From positions 111,399-175,398 of the forward strand of contig CAVPWK010000010.1 of assembly GCA_963709435.1 (NCBI GenBank): a stretch of 64,000 bases of DNA. The letters are read 5' to 3'. Below the pieces are notes generated by a model that was given only the letters and a program-made list of their open reading frames with translations, had not been told where the DNA came from and did not search any database. The stretch's first letter is position 1, and each line of letters starts with the position of its first letter. Of the stretch, positions 58,427 through 64,000 are shown in pieces. Position numbers and translations under genes: made by a program. This DNA comes from an uncultured Verrucomicrobiae bacterium. Lineage in GTDB: Bacteria; Verrucomicrobiota; Verrucomicrobiia; Chthoniobacterales; UBA10450.

Positions 58427-58858
58427 ATGAAACAGATACGAATCTTACTCAAGACCAGCACCGCCATAGCGCTGCTGGCACTCATGGTTGGTTGCGCCTC
58501 GACGCAGACCGCCGTGGAAAACAAAGAGAGCATGCTGGTCGCCGCTGGCTTCAAAACAATCACGCCTAAGAATGCTACGCAGCAGCAAAAGCTCCAACAG
58601 CTTCCGCCGGGCAAGATAGCGATGATCCAGAAAAATGGGAAAACGCTCTACGTATTTCCAGATGCCGCCCACAACCAGGCTTACGTCGGCGGCCCGCACC
58701 AGTATCAGGCTTACCAACAGGCGCGCCTCGCTAACCATCTCGCGCAGGAGAATCTCGAAAGCGCTGAGATGTACCAGGACGCAAGCATGAACTGGGGCGC
58801 CTGGGGTGGTTGGGGAGTGGGCTGGGGAGGAATGGGAGGCGGAAGGTGGTGGTATTAA
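58427..58858 (+). CDS. Lipoprotein with Gly/Trp-rich C-terminal tail
   Basis: Lipobox ALMVGCAS. The tail is NWGAWGGWGVGWGGMGGGRWWY. Confidence 0.6.
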   Translation: MKQIRILLKTSTAIALLALMVGCASTQTAVENKESMLVAAGFKTITPKNATQQQKLQQLPPGKIAMIQKNGKTLYVFPDAAHNQAYVGGPHQYQAYQQARLANHLAQENLESAEMYQDASMNWGAWGGWGVGWGGMGGGRWWY

Positions 58859-58992
58859 GCCGGCTTGCGAACCTAAAACAATTAAGCCGACCTAATAAGT
58901 TACCAAGGCAACGGCTGCGATAACAAGTCTACGGATTTTCCTCAGAAGCTTCCCATCACTTCGAAAGCACCGTCTCGAAGCTAGGGAGTGCC

Positions 58993-59014
58993 CTTAGGAC
59001 TAAGGTCCAATAAG
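58993..59014 (+). promoter_or_regulatory. Quasi-palindrome, copy 15
   Basis: cttaggactaaggtccaataag, 142 nt upstream of GTG 59156. Confidence 0.5.
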
Positions 59015-59088
59015 GCGCAATTCTTAGCACGTCGATACTCGCTGCGGATTCCCCCGGACGCCGGGCGAATCGCGCCGCGCGGTAACAC

Positions 59089-59102
59089 TATATATATATA
59101 GT
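59089..59102. repeat. (TA)n palindrome ctatatatatatag
   Basis: Read directly from the sequence and followed by tatatgtatagagag. It shares TATAGAGAG with 5717-5726. Confidence 0.8.
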
Positions 59103-59155
59103 ATATGTATAGAGAGATGGCGAGAGATTCGACGATATGACGTCTCAATCTGAGA

Positions 59156-61242
59156 GTGATCTTCCGCTCGAGGTTGGGCATGTGCTTGTTCATTGACATT
59201 GTCGGTTATTCCAAACTGTTGATCGACGAGCAGAAGGAACGGTTAAGACAACTCACCGATCTCGTGCTGGCGACCCCCCAGGTCCGTGAGGCGCAGAATG
59301 AGGATCTTGTCCGGCTGCCGACGGGCGATGGCATGGCGCTGGTTTTTTGGAACAGTTTGGAAGAACCGGCCCAGTGTGCGCTGGAGATGGCGCGAGCACT
59401 AAAGCCATATCCGCAGATTCAGGTCCGAATGGGAATCCATAGCGGCCCCGTGAGCAAAATCACCGACCTGAACGGCCACACCAATATCGCCGGAGCAGGC
59501 ATCAACCTGGCCCAGCGGGTGATGGATTGTGGCGATGCGGGTCACATCCTTCTCTCACGGCATGTGGTGGACGATCTCGCACAATATCGCCACTGGTCGG
59601 CGAACCTTCACGATCTGGGTGAGTGCGAAGTAAAACACGGGCTCAAATTGTCGCTGACGAATTTGTTCGGAGATGATTTTGGAAACCCAACCGTGCCGGC
59701 AAAGCTTGCCAGTGCGACCGCGCGACGTAAGGCGACCAGGCGATTGCAGATTGGAATAACCAGCGCTGCCGTTCTCGCTCTCGCCGCGGCGATATTTTTC
59801 TTTCGCTCAAGGGCCACGCATTCTTCCGCACCAATCCCGCCAAAATCCATTGCCGTGCTCCCTTTCGACAATCTCAGTCACGATCCCGAGAACGCCTATT
59901 TCAGCGACGGCATTCAGGACGAAATTCTGACCCGGCTGGCCAAGATCGCGGAGCTGAAAGTAATCTCACGCACCTCCACCGAACGGTTCAAGAGCGCGCC
60001 CGGCGATCTGCGTGAGATCGCCCAAAAACTTGGCGTGGCAAATATCCTGGAAGGCAGCGTGCAAAAGCCCAGCGACCAGGTGCGAGTCAATGTGCAGTTG
60101 ATCCATGCCGCCAGCGACACGCACATATGGGCCGAAACGTACGATCGGAAATTGACCGATGTCTTTGCGGTGGAAAGCGACATTGCGAAGAGCGTTACCG
60201 AAAAGCTCCAAGCTAAACTGACTGATTCGGCCGAACATGTGCTGGCATCGCGGCCTACGGAAAATCCGGAAGCCCATCAGCTCTATTTGAAAGGGCGTTA
60301 CTTCTGGAATAAACGCACCACTGACAATCTGAAAACGGCGATCGACTTCTTTGAGCAGGCGATCGCGAAAGATCCAGCCTACGCAGTCGCCTATTCCGGA
60401 TTGGCGGACGCTCATGCGGTCTTGCCCTACTATGCCGCTACTTCTCCAAAAGATGACGCTGGAAAAGCTCTGGCCGCAGCCGGCAAGGCGGTGAAGCTCG
60501 ATGACAGTCTCGCCGAAGCACACACATCTCTGGCCAATGCCCTCGTTTTAAATCTCCAGTTCTCCGATGCAATTCCGGAATTTCAACGAGCGATTGAACT
60601 CAACCCTAACTATGCCACGGCGCATCACTGGTACGGAGAATTGCTTCAAAATGAGGGACGCATTGACGAAGCGCTGGCTGAACTCCGGCGCGCGCACGAA
60701 CTTGATCCGCTATCGCTGGTGATTAATTCGGTGCTCGGTTCGACGTTGATCGTCGCGGGGCAGGACGATGCGGCAATCGATCAATTGCAAAAAACAATCG
60801 CGATGGATCCGAACTTCGATCTGGCTCACTGGTTTTTGGGCCAGGCCTACGAAGACAAGGGCCGAGCTGGCCGAAGCGATCCAGGAATATGAGAAGGCCA
60901 TGCAGCTGAATTCCGATCCCACTGTCCTGGCTTCGCTCGCCCGGGCGCATGCGCTGGCCGGGGACAAGGAAATTGCCGCGCAAGATGCTCGCCGACCTAA
61001 CGAATCAATCGAAGCAACATTACGTTCCGGCGTATCCGCTTGCGGTGGTCCACCTGGCCCTGGGGAATAAGGATGAGGCGCTGCGATTGCTGGAGAAAAG
61101 CTACGACGATCTCGCGCCTTTCGACACCGGCGTCTTCGGCAGTATCAAGATCGACCGAAGACTCGACGGGTTGCGCGGCGACCCGCGTTTCGACGCACTG
61201 GCCCGGAAGGTGATGAGCGGGTCCGTCGCTGAAACGCGCTGA
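59156..61242 (+). pseudogene. Adenylate/guanylate cyclase domain - TM - TolB-like - TPR protein, two frameshifts near the 3' end
   Basis: Class III cyclase-like N-terminus (LFIDIVGYSKL...GIHSGPV) and TPR repeats. The frames join at ...AYEDKG / ELAEAIQEYEKAM (near 60860) and ...GDKEIA / RKMLADLTNQSKQHYVPAY (near 60978). Confidence 0.75.
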
Positions 61243-61330
61243 ATCCGGTCGCAGCCTCATCGCTGTTAGGGCTTGTCCACCTTCGCGCCCAAGTCTGGCC
61301 GTAGGATCCAGGACCTGTAGGACCTAGGGC

Positions 61331-61353
61331 GTAGGCCAATGGTCCAATAGAAT
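61331..61353 (+). promoter_or_regulatory. Quasi-palindrome, copy 16
   Basis: gtaggccaatggtccaatagaat, about 31 nt upstream of the TTG 61384 ORF start. Confidence 0.45.
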
Positions 61354-61383
61354 TTCGCCAAAGACTCAGAAAAACTTTAGGTC

Positions 61384-64000
61384 TTGAACCCAACCATTTA
61401 CGGGATGGTCGCAAACCTCTCTGCGATCAAATCCTGGCGGTTCCGTTTTCGAATCGCTCTCGACACACGCAAAATCAACCGCACCATTCTTTTGGGCGCA
61501 GGACTTCTCGCCATTAGCTGCGTTGCGGCATCCGCCCAGCAAACGACCGGCGTGCCGGGCTCGCCCGACGCCACAACGACGATCAATGGTAAGCAACTGC
61601 CGCCGCCCGACCCGAAGTTCGGCGGCGTAATCAAAGAAAACGCCCTGCAATCGAAAGCCTGGTGGGCGCCTCGCGTGGTGCCGCCCAAGGGCGCGCCTAA
61701 CATCCTTCTCATCATGACCGACGATGTCGGGTTCGGCGCACCAAGCACATTCGGGGGTGTCATCCCCACGCCGTCGCTTGACCGCATCGCGCAAGCCGGA
61801 CTGCGCTACACGCAGTTCCACTCGACGTCGCTCTGCTCACCGACACGGGCAGCACTCATAACCGGCCGCAATCATCACGCCGTTGGTTTTGGCGTCGTTT
61901 CAGAAATCGCGACGGGTTTCCCGGGTTACAACAGCATCATCCCAAAAGATGCGGCGAGCATCGGGGAGATCCTCAAGGAGAATGGCTACGCAACTTCGTG
62001 GTTCGGCAAGAACCACAACACGCCCTCCTTCGTCAGCCAGCCAGGCCGGACCATTTGATCAATGGCCGATCGGCATGGGCTTTGAATACTTCTACGGGTT
62101 TGTCGGTGGCGACACCAGCCAGTGGCAGCCGAACCTATTCCGCAACACCACCGCGATCTATCCCTATCTCAACAATCCCAAATGGAATTTGACCACCGCC
62201 ATGGCTGACGATGCCATCGCCTGGATGAACCAACTCAACTCAATCGACCCAAGCAAGCCCTTCCTCGTCTACTACGTTCCCGGCGGCACGCATGCACCGC
62301 ACCATCCGACGCCGGAGTGGATTGAGAAGATCAGCGACATGCACTTGTTCGACAAAGGCTGGAACGCGCTGCGCGAGCAGATTTTCGCCAACCAGAAGAA
62401 GCTCGGCGTCATCCCGCAAGATGCGCAGTTAACGGCGTGGCCGGATGGGCAGCCCGAGTTTGGCGGTGCCAAGCTGGCGAAGTGGGAGACGCTGTCGGAC
62501 GACGAGAAGAAGATGTTCATCCGGCAGGCAGACGTTTACGCGGCTTATCTCGCCTACACCGATCACGAGATTGGCCGGGTCATTCAGGCCGTCGAGGACA
62601 TGGGCAAGCTCGACAACACGCTGATCATTTACATCAGCGGCGACAATGGCGCGAGTGCTGAAGGTACGCTTCTCGGCACCCCGAATGAAATCGCTTCGTT
62701 CAATGGCGTAGATGTTCCCGTCGCCGATCAGCTAAAGAATTTTTATGACGCTTTGGGGCAGCGCTGAAACGTTCCCGCATTTTGCGGTTCCGTGGGTCAT
62801 GGGCGCTCGACACTCCCTTTAAATGGCAGCAAGCAGGTCGCCTCACATTTTGGCGGCACACGCCAGGGCATGGCAATTTCCTGGCCCGGCCACATCAAGG
62901 AACTTGGCGGCATTCGCCCGCAGTTCCATCATGTGATCGACATCGTGCCGACACTCCTCGAAGCCACCGGCATCCGCGCACCCGAAATGGTCGATGGCAT
63001 CAAGCAGAAGCCGATTGAAGGCGTGAGCATGGCCTACACATTCGACGCGGCAGGCGCCAACAAACCGTCCACGCACAAGACCCAGTATTTCGAGATGGTG
63101 GGGAGTGCACGCGATTTATCACGACGGCTGGGTGGCTGCTACGACCCCGGTGCACTCCGCCATGGGTAGCTCGGCGGCCCGGCCATGACGGACCCGGCCA
63201 ATGGATTTAAATGGGAACTCTACAACATCACCAAGGATTGGACAGAGAACAACAACCTCGCCGCGAGTAACCCGCAGAAACTGAAAGAGATGCAGGATCT
63301 GTTCTGGGTGGAAGCCCGCAAGTATCAGGTGCTGCCGTTAGACGCCTCTAAGTTTACGCGTTTCGTAGCGCCGCGGCCGAGCCTCGCGGCGGGCCGGACG
63401 GAGTTCAACTACACCACACCCGTGACCGGCATCCCGTTGGGCGATGCTCCCAACCTTCTCAACACGTCCTACACCATAACCGCTGACATTGAGGTTCCGG
63501 CGGGAGGTGCCGAAGGCATGCTCCTGACTCAGGGCGGACGGTTTGGGGGTTGGGGCTTCTATCTCGTGAAAGGGAAGCCGGTCTTCACCTGGAATTTGCT
63601 CGATCTAAAACGCGTCCGCTGGGAAGGTCCGGAGCAACTCGCCCCCGGCAAGCACACCTTGGTGTTTGATTTCAAATACGACGGCCTCGGTGCCGGCACG
63701 CTTGCCTTCAACAACCTGAGCGGCATCGCGCGGGGCGGCACGGGTGTGCTCAAGGTTGACGGCAAAGAAGTCGCTTCCCAGAAATTGGAGCGAACAATTC
63801 CATTCCTCCTTCAATGGGACGAGACATTCGACATCGGGTCTGACACCGGCACGGGTGTTGACGACCGCGACTACCAGGTGCCGTTCGCTTTCACCGGCAA
63901 GATCGTGAAGCTCAACATCAAGATTGATCGCCCGAAGTTGTCGGCGGCAGACATCAAGCTTCTGGAAACGGAAAGCCAACGGAACAACCGCAAAAGCGAG
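61384..64000 (+). pseudogene. Large arylsulfatase, at least 6 frameshifts (3' end beyond window)
   Basis: LLIMTDDVGFGAPSTFGG and the signature CSPTRAALITGRNHH. Frames change near 62030, 62750, 62800, 62835, 63105 and 63170 (track ORFs 61384, 61883, 62782, 62792, then an unlisted open frame from 63185 to the window end). Confidence 0.8.

Noticed and set aside
31447-61353. Reading the recurrent quasi-palindrome as a sigma-54 promoter, an ECF-type promoter, integron attC sites or Xer dif-like sites.
   Set aside because: There is no TGGCAC-N5-TTGC spacing. The GGACC and GTCC blocks are only 2 nt apart rather than about 16-17 nt as in ECF promoters. The element is far shorter than attC and has no GTTRRRY cores or integrase gene nearby. 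It has no similarity to the dif arm/spacer layout.

Overview
Moderately GC-rich bacterial chromosomal segment with no rRNA genes, no complete tRNA and no CRISPR array. All calls come from reading the sequence and ORF track by eye. Family names rest on recognised motifs, not searches, and frameshift positions are approximate. Positions 1-22.4 kb are an intact housekeeping stretch: MacB-type permease tail, yajQ, hpt, MoaD-like, YjbQ-like, serine hydrolase, pepF, ThuA-like, UDG-family, CbpA-like J-protein, rpiB, UbiA-family prenyltransferase, GspF/PilC-like, SAM methyltransferase, Lhr-like helicase, rarA, DUF1460, HPr. Positions 22.5-64 kb are an accessory, envelope- and sulfur-flavoured stretch. 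It holds a sulfonate-type ABC transporter, OprP-like porin, Rrf2 regulator, sulfotransferase, GAF/PAS histidine kinase with REC proteins, two large arylsulfatases, DUF1254/DUF1214 genes, cls, rhodanese, a DUF3604-PpiC-HupE module, an L,D-transpeptidase, an LssY-like protein, lipoproteins, a K+ channel and a cyclase/TPR protein. Many of these genes are frameshifted, truncated or reduced to fragments. Main observations follow. (1) A ~20-nt GGACC-N2-GGTCC quasi-palindrome with a TATA-like tail occurs 16 times, always upstream of and co-oriented with the next gene, and only in the 31-61 kb part. (2) A promoter/5'UTR/signal-peptide module is shared by two unrelated exported enzymes. (3) A co-directional sulfotransferase, three tandem paralogous small hydrophobic peptide genes (two with near-identical 53-nt upstream blocks) and an Rrf2 gene form one locus. 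(4) A RAYT (IS200-like Y1 transposase) gene is flanked by mirrored triple hairpins (REPtron). (5) There are several further families of GC-rich hairpin/inverted-repeat elements and (TA)n palindromes. (6) Gene decay is strongly non-uniform.
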